This document shows positions 45,403-54,110 of a DNA stretch of 64,000 bases, in pieces (position 1 is the stretch's first letter; each line of letters begins with the position of its first letter). Source of the DNA: Candidatus Poriferisodalis sp. (lineage in GTDB: Bacteria > Actinomycetota > Acidimicrobiia > Acidimicrobiales > Poriferisodalaceae); the NCBI RefSeq assembly GCF_965215815.1, contig NZ_CBDCEO010000012.1:933896-997895 (forward strand), written 5' to 3'. The notes below the pieces were generated by a model. It did no database searches. It was not told the DNA's origin and worked only from the letters and a program-made list of their open reading frames with translations. The position numbers and the translations under genes are program-made.

Positions 45403-46536
45403 ATGAAGTTCATTCACACAGCCGACTGGCAACTCGGGATGACGCGTCATTTTCTGAGCGGAGAGGCGCAGCCGCGGTTCAGCGGAGCGCGACTCGACGC
45501 GGTACGGCGTATCGGCGAACTCGCGGTCGAAGAGGGTTGCGAGTTTGTCCTCGTGTGCGGCGACGTATTCGAATCCAACCAGATCGACCGCCAAGTGCTT
45601 GTTCGGGCACTGGACGCAATGGCTTCCACTCCGCAGGTGACCTTCTACCTGCTGCCGGGCAATCACGATCCGCTCGACGCTGCGTCGATCTACCGATCGA
45701 ACACATTCACGTTGAACAAGCCGGACAACGTGGCGGTACTGGACGAATCGGGTTCGATTTCGGTCGCTGAGCGGATCGAGTTGGTGGCGGCACCGTGGAT
45801 GTCCAAACGACCGCTCCGTGACCTCGTCGATGAGTCTTGCGCCAACCTCGAGCCGTCCAGTGCACTGCGAATCGTTGCCGGCCACGGTGCCCTCGACTCT
45901 CGTTCACCGGACGCTGACAATCCTGCGCTCATCACGCTCGCCCGTCTGGAAGAACGCATCGAGGCCGAAGAGCTCCACTATGTCGCTCTCGGCGACCGCC
46001 ACTCCACAACGAATGAAGGCACCAGCGGCCGCGTCTGGTACTCCGGCGCACCGGAACCCACTGACTACGACGAGATCGACCCCGGCAATGTGCTCGTCAT
46101 AGAACTCGAACCGGGCAAGATCGAGGTGAGGGCGCATCGAGTCGGTACCTGGACCTTCAAGCGGCACGAGTCTCACTTGGCATCAGATGCCGACATCGAC
46201 GCATTGGAGGATTGGCTCGCCTCCCTCGCGGACAAGGAGCGCACCATCGTGAAGCTGTCTGCGATCGGGCAGATCTCGGTCGCTCAGAGAGCTCGTCTCG
46301 ATCGACTGCTCGAGATGCAAACCGACTTGCTCGCCGCCTTCGAGCCTTGGGAGCGGCGCACGGACCTTGTCGTCATACCTGATGATGCCGACTTCGAGGC
46401 GCTCGGTCTCTCAGGATTCGCGCACGAAGCGCTGTGCGATCTGCGAGATGCTGCGAGTTCGGGTGACGATCAGGAAGCGCTCGCAGCCCGGGATGGCTTG
46501 GCGTTGCTGCATCGCCTCTCAGGAACGGCCCAATGA
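45403..46536 (+). CDS. Mre11/SbcD-like calcineurin-fold DNA-repair phosphoesterase
   Basis: MKFIHTADWQLG (motif I, with Q where SbcD has the second His), VCGDVFES (II), LPGNHDP (III), VAGHGAL (IV) and ALGDRHS (V). Its stop overlaps the start of the ATPase gene (ATGA at 46533-46536). Confidence 0.85.
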   Translation: MKFIHTADWQLGMTRHFLSGEAQPRFSGARLDAVRRIGELAVEEGCEFVLVCGDVFESNQIDRQVLVRALDAMASTPQVTFYLLPGNHDPLDAASIYRSNTFTLNKPDNVAVLDESGSISVAERIELVAAPWMSKRPLRDLVDESCANLEPSSALRIVAGHGALDSRSPDADNPALITLARLEERIEAEELHYVALGDRHSTTNEGTSGRVWYSGAPEPTDYDEIDPGNVLVIELEPGKIEVRAHRVGTWTFKRHESHLASDADIDALEDWLASLADKERTIVKLSAIGQISVAQRARLDRLLEMQTDLLAAFEPWERRTDLVVIPDDADFEALGLSGFAHEALCDLRDAASSGDDQEALAARDGLALLHRLSGTAQ

Positions 46537-49187
46537 GAGTTCATCGAATTCGGCTCCACAACTACCGCGGCATCGGCGACTGCGAGCTGGAGTTCGCAGA
46601 TGACGGCGTGACGATCGTCGAAGGTGACAACGAGATCGGCAAGACCAGCATCTTCGAAGCCCTCGACCTACTCCTCAGCGAGCTGGACTCGTCCAACAAG
46701 GCCCGCATTCGGTCGACCCAGCCCGTTGGCAAAGACGTCGGCCCAGAGGCCGAAGCGGAGCTGTCATCTGGCGAATACCGCTTCGTCTATCGCAAACGCT
46801 GGAAACGGAGTCCTGAGACAACCCTCGCTGTCACCGAACCCCGGTCCGAGTCGCTGACGGGGCGTGAAGCCCATGAGCGGGTACGCCAAATGCTCGACGA
46901 AACGCTCGATTGGAGTCTGTGGGAGGCCCTGAGAGTGCACCAGGGCACCGAGTTGCGCCTGCCGTCGCTCGACGTTCGCTCCCTCGGCGCCGCACTCGAC
47001 CTAGCTGTGGGAGGCGACGGTCCGACGGGTGACGAAGATGCCCTGTGGGACCGCATCGAGGCCGAGCGTGGTCGCTACTGGACCGCAACGGGCCGGGTGT
47101 CCAAGGAACGAGCGGACTTGGCGGGCAAGGTCCGCAACGCACAGGATCGGGTCGCGGAGCTCGAAACGGCCCTGAACCAGATCCAAGCCGACGCCGACAC
47201 GTTCGTCAGTCTCGTGGAGCGCCATGGACAGCTCGAGGGCGAGCATCAAACGGCCCAAGAACGCGAGTCTGAGCTGGCCGAGCGCTGGAGACACGTCGAG
47301 CAATTGGCGCTTGAGGCGCAGCAGCGAGACACGGCGCATGGCTCGGCGCTAAGCGAACAGAGCCAGCGACACGCCGCCGCCGAGCGTCGCTCCGAATTGG
47401 TCTCCGATCTCGACCGCCAGAAGGAGGCGCTAGCGGCACTGGGCGTCAAACTCGAAGAGTCCGCTCCCGCATTGAACGCCGCGGACCAGCGGGTCACCGA
47501 CGCAGAGGGCAGTCGCGACACGGCCCAAGAGGCCCTGGATCAAGCAATCGCCACGCACAAACAGGCGTGTGACGACCGTGACCATCACCGCCGAATGATC
47601 GAAGTCGCTCAGTTCGGTGAACGCCTCGAACGCATCGACGATGCTCAAACCAGTCTGGCTGGTGCCGAATCCGTCGTTGAGAACATCGGTGTCGACGGCG
47701 ATCTCGTCGAACGGATCGATCAGGCCCACATCGCTGTCGTACGAGCCGAGGCGTCGGCCAATAGCGCCGCCGCCGGGGTCACGACCACCGCGTTGCGCGC
47801 CGTCGCCCTACAGGTGGACGGGACGGGACATGACCTTGCTGCGGGCCAGCAACTCGACATCTCTGTCAGCGATGCGACCGAGCTGAGAATCGACGACAGC
47901 GCGTCGGTGCTCGTGCAAGCTGGCAAGGGATCCGCGGAGACGGCCCGGGAACTCGATGCTGCTCGGCGAGAGCTCCAGCGGCTCTGTGACGAAGGCCATG
48001 TTCCCGATCTGGCATCGGCACGCGCAGCCAATAGCAGGCGGGAATCCGCGCTGCGGGATCGCGACGATGCCCGCCAGACGATCAAGGAGAACCTGCGCGA
48101 CCTGACCGCGGAGGAACTCAAGCGCATGGCAGATCGGCATTCGGGGCGCATCGAGGAATTTAACGCAAGCAGGCAGCCGCAGCCTCCGCTTCCCGCGGAT
48201 CTACGGGAAGCGACAGCCTTGGTCACCAACCTCGAGGCCGCTGTCGGGGATCGCAGTGCAGAACTCGAGTCCTGCACCGAGGCAGCCACGAGCGCAAACG
48301 CGGCACTCACCCAAGCTCAGCTGGACGCAGCGGAGCTGGCCGGCAAGCAGCAGTCGGGACGACAGGTGCGCGACCAGGCTGGCGAACGCCTCGCCGAAGC
48401 CCGGTCACAAGTCAGCGACGAAAATCTTGCGGTGGCGCTCGCACGAGCCGACGAAGCCGTCTCAGAATGCGAGCAAGCCGCACGCTCCGTTCAGACGAGA
48501 TTGCAGGAGGAGGACCCCGACTCCATCGAGGCCCAACTCACAAATGCCGGTAACGCCGTGCGGCGCATGGCCACCGAACTCGCCGAGAACAGCAGGCGGC
48601 AGCACGAATTGCGCGGCGGGCTGGAGGTTCGAGGCGAAATGGGTCTGTATACCCAGCACGACAACGCCATCGGCGAGCTGCGGTTTCTCGAACGTGACCA
48701 CGAGAGCCTCGAACGCAGGGCACTCGCCGCCGAGCTTCTCTACGAGACGTTCGGCAAGAGACGACAGGAAGCCCGGCAGCGGTACGTCGCTCCATTCAAG
48801 AAGCGCATAGAGCAATTCGGGCGAATCGTGTTCGATTCGACGTTCGAGGTGGAACTCGACGAGCAACTCGGTATCGCACGGCGCACGCTCGAAGGCATCG
48901 CCCTCGACGTCGAGCAGCTCAGCACCGGTGCTCGGGAGCAACTCGGCATTCTTGCCCGCTTGGCGTGCGCTGCCATCGTGAGCCCGACCGCAGGCGGTGC
49001 ACCCGTCATCATCGACGACGCACTGGGATGGAGCGATCCGCGTCGCTTGCAGCACATGTGCGCCGCGATCGCGTCAGCCGGCAACCACTGCCAAGTGATC
49101 ATCCTCACTTGCACTCCGGGCCGCTACGCGCACGTCGGGAAGGCCAAGGTGGTGCAGTTGCCTTCTGCAGCGAGCAGCGAGTACTGA
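46533..49187 (+). CDS. Rad50/SbcC-like SMC-type ABC ATPase with a long coiled coil; no CxxC zinc hook seen
   Basis: The N-terminus is IRLHNYRGI...EGDNEIGKTSIFEAL (Walker A). A roughly 600-aa Glu/Ala/Arg/Leu-rich coiled-coil region follows. The C-terminus has LSTGAREQLGILARL (signature motif) and PVIIDDALGWSD (Walker B). Confidence 0.85.
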   Translation: MRVHRIRLHNYRGIGDCELEFADDGVTIVEGDNEIGKTSIFEALDLLLSELDSSNKARIRSTQPVGKDVGPEAEAELSSGEYRFVYRKRWKRSPETTLAVTEPRSESLTGREAHERVRQMLDETLDWSLWEALRVHQGTELRLPSLDVRSLGAALDLAVGGDGPTGDEDALWDRIEAERGRYWTATGRVSKERADLAGKVRNAQDRVAELETALNQIQADADTFVSLVERHGQLEGEHQTAQERESELAERWRHVEQLALEAQQRDTAHGSALSEQSQRHAAAERRSELVSDLDRQKEALAALGVKLEESAPALNAADQRVTDAEGSRDTAQEALDQAIATHKQACDDRDHHRRMIEVAQFGERLERIDDAQTSLAGAESVVENIGVDGDLVERIDQAHIAVVRAEASANSAAAGVTTTALRAVALQVDGTGHDLAAGQQLDISVSDATELRIDDSASVLVQAGKGSAETARELDAARRELQRLCDEGHVPDLASARAANSRRESALRDRDDARQTIKENLRDLTAEELKRMADRHSGRIEEFNASRQPQPPLPADLREATALVTNLEAAVGDRSAELESCTEAATSANAALTQAQLDAAELAGKQQSGRQVRDQAGERLAEARSQVSDENLAVALARADEAVSECEQAARSVQTRLQEEDPDSIEAQLTNAGNAVRRMATELAENSRRQHELRGGLEVRGEMGLYTQHDNAIGELRFLERDHESLERRALAAELLYETFGKRRQEARQRYVAPFKKRIEQFGRIVFDSTFEVELDEQLGIARRTLEGIALDVEQLSTGAREQLGILARLACAAIVSPTAGGAPVIIDDALGWSDPRRLQHMCAAIASAGNHCQVIILTCTPGRYAHVGKAKVVQLPSAASSEY

Positions 49188-49402
49188 TGCTTGGCACGCA
49201 CTGACCAAGGCCTACGACAGCGCTTTTTCGGAGCCATTCGTCGAGCATTTCGGGAATGCACGTTGGCACGAGTTGCGGATTGCTTGTCGCTTGACGCGTT
49301 CGCGGAGCGGAGCCTGCCGGTATGATTCTTTATTAGTCTAGTTATCCGACTAAGTTTATTCAGAGTGTGGCGATGAAACTCACTTGCAAAGGCTGAAATA
49401 AG

Positions 49403-49645
49403 ATGAAAACTTCACCAATCGTGAATGTGCACGAGGCGAAGACACACCTGTCGAAGTTGCTCAGCCGAGTTGAGGCGGGTGAGGAGATCGTGATTGCGCG
49501 GGCTGGCAAGCCGTGTGCCCGCCTCGTGCCCTACGTGCCGGCGGCGACTCGACGGATGCCCGGCAGGTTTCGCGGAGTAACGATCCCGCCCGAGTTCTTC
49601 GATCCTTTGCCGGACGATGAACTCGCCGCATGGGAGGGCGAATGA
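49403..49645 (+). CDS. type II antitoxin, Phd/YefM family
   Basis: 80 aa. VNVHEAKTHLSKLLSRVEAGEEIVIARAGKPCARLVP is the canonical Phd/YefM N-terminal fold motif. It overlaps the toxin start by 4 nt. Confidence 0.85.
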   Translation: MKTSPIVNVHEAKTHLSKLLSRVEAGEEIVIARAGKPCARLVPYVPAATRRMPGRFRGVTIPPEFFDPLPDDELAAWEGE

Positions 49646-50031
49646 ACGACCTTCTGCTTGACACGCACGCCCTGCTGTGGTGGTGGACAGATCATCCATC
49701 GCTCTCACCAGTCGCCCGCGAAGTGATATCAGATACAGAAACTCAAGTGTTCGCGAGCGCCGTAAGCGCATGGGAAATGGCGACCAAGACAAGATTGGGC
49801 CGACTGGGCGAATTCAGCGGCCTCGTTCCCCATTTCGGCGCATCAGTCACCGCAGACGGTTTCTTGCACCTTCCCGTCATACACGAGCAGGCACTCAGGG
49901 CAGGCAGCTTCGCAACGACTCACAAAGATCCGTTCGACCGGATGCTGGCAGCGCAAGCCGAGATCGAGTCCTTGACGCTCGTCACGAGGGACCGAGCATT
50001 TGAGGAGTTTCCCGTTACCACTCTGTGGTGA
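49642..50031 (+). CDS. vapC: PIN-domain ribonuclease toxin (VapC family)
   Basis: MNDLLLDTHALLWW (first acidic residue), SAVSAWEMATK (Glu) and HKDPFDRMLAAQA (DPFDR motif). GGGAGGG lies 4 nt upstream of the ATG at 49642. Confidence 0.85.
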   Translation: MNDLLLDTHALLWWWTDHPSLSPVAREVISDTETQVFASAVSAWEMATKTRLGRLGEFSGLVPHFGASVTADGFLHLPVIHEQALRAGSFATTHKDPFDRMLAAQAEIESLTLVTRDRAFEEFPVTTLW

Positions 50032-50069
50032 TGCGGAGGGCCGCATTCCGGCGACGCGTCGTAGCGCCG

Positions 50070-50747
50070 TCAGGTCAGTGGGGCGGTGGCGGGGACCTGT
50101 GACGGGCGGCTGAAAACCTCGTCGAGCAAGGGGCGGAACTCCTCGACCGGCAGGTTGGGGTAGTTCGGGTCGAAGCAGTTCTGGTCGTAGTTCTGACCGA
50201 AGTCCACACAGGCGTCGTAGTGCGGAGAGTCCCGGTACTGCTCGCGGGCGTCGCGGTCGCCGCCGAGGTGGTGGAAGTAGTAATAGCCCTGAAACAGACC
50301 GTGGTGCGCCACCACCCAGTGCGTGCGCTCGTCGACGTAGGGCTGCAGCAGCGCCGCCGACGCAGCACTGTGGTTCTCCGGGGCGAATGCATCGCCGATG
50401 TCGTGCAACAGCGCCGCTACCACCAGATCGCTCGATTCGCCGTTGCGCAACGCCCTCGTCGCGGATTGGCGACTGTGGTCGTAGCGGTCGATCTGGTAAC
50501 CCAGCGTGGGGCCGCGCAGGCACTGCAGGATGTCCAGCAGGTTGTCGACCAACCCAGACCGGGCGTGTGCGTAGTGCTGCCGGTCCAGGAACTCGTAGTC
50601 CTCAGCCGTCCCGTGCTCCATGGCCGTCCACGGCACGACTCGGCCGCGATCGTCGTCAACGCTGTGATCGCCCATTACGCCCCCGCTGCCAAGCGATTCG
50701 CCCCCGTCGCCGTCATGTTCGCGCACCCGCGCCCGGCCGTCGCCCAC
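50070..50747 (-). CDS. HD-domain protein (PhnZ/MIOX-like HD metalloenzyme layout)
   Basis: DHSRQSATRAL...VVAALLHDIGDAF...THWVVAHHGLFQGYYYFHH. The start is uncertain, with in-frame ATGs at 50747, 50675 and 50621. Confidence 0.65.
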   Translation of the reverse strand: MGDGRARVREHDGDGGESLGSGGVMGDHSVDDDRGRVVPWTAMEHGTAEDYEFLDRQHYAHARSGLVDNLLDILQCLRGPTLGYQIDRYDHSRQSATRALRNGESSDLVVAALLHDIGDAFAPENHSAASAALLQPYVDERTHWVVAHHGLFQGYYYFHHLGGDRDAREQYRDSPHYDACVDFGQNYDQNCFDPNYPNLPVEEFRPLLDEVFSRPSQVPATAPLT

Positions 50748-50773
50748 CGTGCGTGGAATGAAAGGCGGCGATC

Positions 50774-51847
50774 TCAGCCCTTCACGGGTGTGCGCCAGCC
50801 GAAGGGATCCGGCGAAGCGCCGATCTGGATGTCGACCAACGCCTGGCGCAGTCGCATTGTGTTGCGTCCCGGCTGCCCGTCGCCCACGGTGAGCGTCTTG
50901 CCCTCGTAGAGGATGGTGCCGACGGGTGCCAGCACGGCCGCTGTGCCGGACAGGAACGCCTCGCCTCGCTCGGCCCAGTCGACCAGCTCATCAGGATCGA
51001 TCGATCGCTCCTCGACTTCGTATCCCAATTCGGCGGCCAGCTCGATCACCGACGCCCGCGTGACGCCGTGCAGGAACGACTCGTCGAGGTGACGCGTCAC
51101 GACTCGCTCGTCATCGGCCAGGAAGAAGTTCGACGCCCCGGTCTCGGTGATATCGCCGCCAGTGGCGAACAGCATCTGGTCGATGGCCTCGTTGCCGGCC
51201 ATGGCATCGAGCGTGGGTGCCAGCGCCATCGCGTAGTTCCCACCGCACTTGACCATGCCGAACTGCGGCACCGTGCGAGGAATCTCGGTCTCCACCAGCA
51301 AGGTCAGCGGGCGAACCCCGCCCTTGAAGTAGTCGCCGACCGGGCAGTTGACGACATAGAGCAGCGCGCTGCGCGTCGGGCGGGCCGCAGCGCCGATATC
51401 CGGCTCGGTTCCGATCAGCGTGGGGCGGATGTAAAGCGAACCGGGCGGATCGGGCACTTCGCCGGCGTTGGCCTCAACTGCGTCAATGGCCATCTGGTAC
51501 AAGACATCGCCATCGATGGCCGGAAGCCGGAGCCGCTGCGCGCTGGACACCATGCGCGCCACATGGCTGTCCAGCCGGAAGATCGCCAGCGAACCGTCCA
51601 CCTGTCGATGTGCCTTCAGTCCTTCGAAGATGGCGCTCCCGTAATGGAGCACGTGCGCCGCGGGGCTGATTGTGATGTCCCCGAACGGTTCTGCGGCACC
51701 GCCATATGCGTACGGCCCGCCGTCGGCTCGCGCCGTCGTCATCCAGTCACAGAAGATGGTCCCGAATGGGACCGTGAACGGGTCGGGCTTGGTGGTCACC
51801 GGAACTCCATTCGACGTGGCTCGGGGCCCCACAGGCGCCCAGGACAT
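50774..51847 (-). CDS. ilvE: branched-chain amino-acid aminotransferase (fold-type IV PLP enzyme)
   Basis: LHYGSAIFEGLKA, LYIRPTLIG, VKCGGNYA (the PLP-Lys region is earlier), ETGASNFF and GVTRASVIELA. The start is the ATG at 51847. Confidence 0.85.
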   Translation of the reverse strand: MSWAPVGPRATSNGVPVTTKPDPFTVPFGTIFCDWMTTARADGGPYAYGGAAEPFGDITISPAAHVLHYGSAIFEGLKAHRQVDGSLAIFRLDSHVARMVSSAQRLRLPAIDGDVLYQMAIDAVEANAGEVPDPPGSLYIRPTLIGTEPDIGAAARPTRSALLYVVNCPVGDYFKGGVRPLTLLVETEIPRTVPQFGMVKCGGNYAMALAPTLDAMAGNEAIDQMLFATGGDITETGASNFFLADDERVVTRHLDESFLHGVTRASVIELAAELGYEVEERSIDPDELVDWAERGEAFLSGTAAVLAPVGTILYEGKTLTVGDGQPGRNTMRLRQALVDIQIGASPDPFGWRTPVKG

Positions 51848-51948
51848 TCGAAGCGTATCGCCGGGCCTCGATCGCACCGGGGTGAATTCTCCGGGGCGGA
51901 CGCCTGTGGCTCGAAACTGCCAGGCTGTCGTTGCGTACGCTGCGGCCC

Positions 51949-54078
51949 ATGACACAGCAGGACCAGAGCCAGACCGCTGCGGGTCAGATCACCGAATCTG
52001 TCCGACTCGAACGCCGCGACGACGTGGCGTTGCTCATCGTCAACAACCCTCCGGTCAATGCGCTGAGCTACCACGTGCGCCAGGGCCTCATCGACGGCAT
52101 GGCGGCCGCCGAGGCCAGCGATGCCTCGGCCATCGTGCTCATCTGCGACGGGCGCACGTTTATTGCCGGAGCGGACATCACCGAGTTCTCCCAGCCGCCC
52201 AAGCCGCCGGCTCTCGTACCCGGTCAAGAAGCCATGGAGAATTGCAGCAAACCGGTCGTGGCTGCGACACACGGCACCGCTCTGGGCGGAGGGCTCGAAG
52301 TTGCGCTGTGCGCGCACTTCCGGGTGGCGATCAGCTCGGCCCAGTTCGGCCTGCCCGAGGTGAAGCTGGGCTTGCTGCCCGGGGGCGGCGGCACACAGCG
52401 CCTGCCTCGCATCACCGGTCCGCAGCGTGCGCTCGAGATGATGGTCAGTGGCAACCCCATCGGCGCTGCCGAAGCGCTCGAGTGCGGGTTGATCAGCGAG
52501 ATCGTGGGCGACTTGCTGGCCGATCTCGAAGCCGGTGCCGTGGCATTTGCTCGGCGAGCCGCCGCAGAGAACATGCCCCGGCCACGCATCCGTGACCGCA
52601 ACGAACGCCTTGAAGGCTTCGGCGCCGAGCAATTCGCCGCGTTCCGGGCCTCGATCGCCCGCAGGACACGCGGCTTTGAAGCGCCCGACAGGATCATCCG
52701 CTGCGTCGAAGCAGCGGTCTCCACGGCTGCCACGGGTGACTTCGAGGCCGGCCTGGCGGCAGAGGCGCGCATCTTCGGCGAGTTGATGGGCAGCTCGCAG
52801 GCCGACGCCCAGCAGTACTACTTCTTCGCTGAGCGTGCGGCCCAGAAGGTGCCCGACGTACCGCGTGACACGCCGCAGGTCGACATCGCCCGTGTCGGCA
52901 TTCTCGGGGCGGGGACGATGGGCGGCGGCATCGCCATGAACTTCGCCAACATCGGCATCCCGGTCACCCTCGTCGAACGCGACGAGGCGAGCCTGGAACG
53001 CGGCCTAGCCGTAGTCCGCCGCAACTACGAGCGGACGGCGGCCCGCGGCGGCATCTCCTCCGACGACGTCCAGACCCGCATGGACCTCCTGCAGGGCTCC
53101 ACCGATATGGGCGACTTCGCTGATTGCGACCTGATGATCGAGGCCGTCTTCGAGAACATGGCGCTCAAGAAGGACGTGTTCGCCCAGCTCGACAGCATCT
53201 GCAAGCCGGGTGCGGTGCTCGCAACCAACACTTCGGCGCTCAACGTCAACGAAATCGCTTCGGCAACGTCGCGGCCCCAAGACGTCGTCGGCATGCACTT
53301 CTTCTCCCCCGCCAACGTCATGCGGATGCTCGAAGTCGTGCGGGGCGATGCCACCTCGAAGACCGCAATCGCGACGGCCATGTCGATCGGCAAGCGCATC
53401 GGCAAGACGCCAGTGCTCTGCGGTGTATGCCACGGCTTCATCGGCAACCGGATGCTGTTCATGCGCGGCGTCGAGGCCGACCAGATGCTGCTGGAGGGCG
53501 CAACGCCCGCCCAGGTCGACAAGGTCGTGTTCGACTTCGGCTTCCCGATGGGTCCGTTCGCCATGCGCGACCTGGCCGGTCTCGACGTGGGGTGGAACTC
53601 CGACACCTCGTCGAGTTCGACCGTGCGCGAAGTCCTGTGCGAATCGGGCCGGCGGGGCCAGAAGAACGGCCGGGGCTACTACATCTACGACCCTGACACC
53701 CGGGCATCGACCCCCGATCCCGAGGTCACCCAGATGATCCGCGACTTCGCCTCGGACCGGGGAGCGACGCTGCGGGAGGTCACCGACCAAGAGATCCTTG
53801 AGCGGTGCCTGTATCCAATGGTCAATGAGGGCGCCAAGATCCTCGATGAGGGCATCGCCCTGCGAGGCAGCGACGTCGACGTCACCTGGATCAACGGTTA
53901 CGGCTGGCCTATGTACACCGGAGGGCCCATGCACTGGGCTGACGAGATCGGCCTGGGCGAAGTGCTTGGCCGCATCTGCCACTACGACCTGACGCTGGGC
54001 GGCGACCACTGGACGCCGAGCCCGCTGCTCGAACGCCTAGCGGCGCAGGACGGCTCGCTGGCACGCTACGAGAGCTGA
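51949..54078 (+). CDS. bifunctional enoyl-CoA hydratase / 3-hydroxyacyl-CoA dehydrogenase (FadB/FadJ type)
   Basis: The N-terminal crotonase half has NPPVNAL, FIAGADI and TALGGGLEVAL. The central part has GILGAGTMGGGIA (Rossmann fold), ATNTSAL and HFFSPANVMRMLEVV. The product is 709 aa. Confidence 0.9.
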   Translation: MTQQDQSQTAAGQITESVRLERRDDVALLIVNNPPVNALSYHVRQGLIDGMAAAEASDASAIVLICDGRTFIAGADITEFSQPPKPPALVPGQEAMENCSKPVVAATHGTALGGGLEVALCAHFRVAISSAQFGLPEVKLGLLPGGGGTQRLPRITGPQRALEMMVSGNPIGAAEALECGLISEIVGDLLADLEAGAVAFARRAAAENMPRPRIRDRNERLEGFGAEQFAAFRASIARRTRGFEAPDRIIRCVEAAVSTAATGDFEAGLAAEARIFGELMGSSQADAQQYYFFAERAAQKVPDVPRDTPQVDIARVGILGAGTMGGGIAMNFANIGIPVTLVERDEASLERGLAVVRRNYERTAARGGISSDDVQTRMDLLQGSTDMGDFADCDLMIEAVFENMALKKDVFAQLDSICKPGAVLATNTSALNVNEIASATSRPQDVVGMHFFSPANVMRMLEVVRGDATSKTAIATAMSIGKRIGKTPVLCGVCHGFIGNRMLFMRGVEADQMLLEGATPAQVDKVVFDFGFPMGPFAMRDLAGLDVGWNSDTSSSSTVREVLCESGRRGQKNGRGYYIYDPDTRASTPDPEVTQMIRDFASDRGATLREVTDQEILERCLYPMVNEGAKILDEGIALRGSDVDVTWINGYGWPMYTGGPMHWADEIGLGEVLGRICHYDLTLGGDHWTPSPLLERLAAQDGSLARYES

Positions 54079-54110
54079 ACCAAGTCAGCCCGAGACATGG
54101 CGGCGCGCTG

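Noticed and set aside
43817-46536. The idea that the DUF222-HNH gene belongs to one operon or system with the Mre11/Rad50-like pair (a Septu-like ATPase plus HNH arrangement).
   Set aside because: A 242-nt gap separates the two. The HNH gene has its own upstream motif array. A second truncated copy and a third tail remnant occur elsewhere in the window next to ISs, which fits an independently mobile 13E12-type element.
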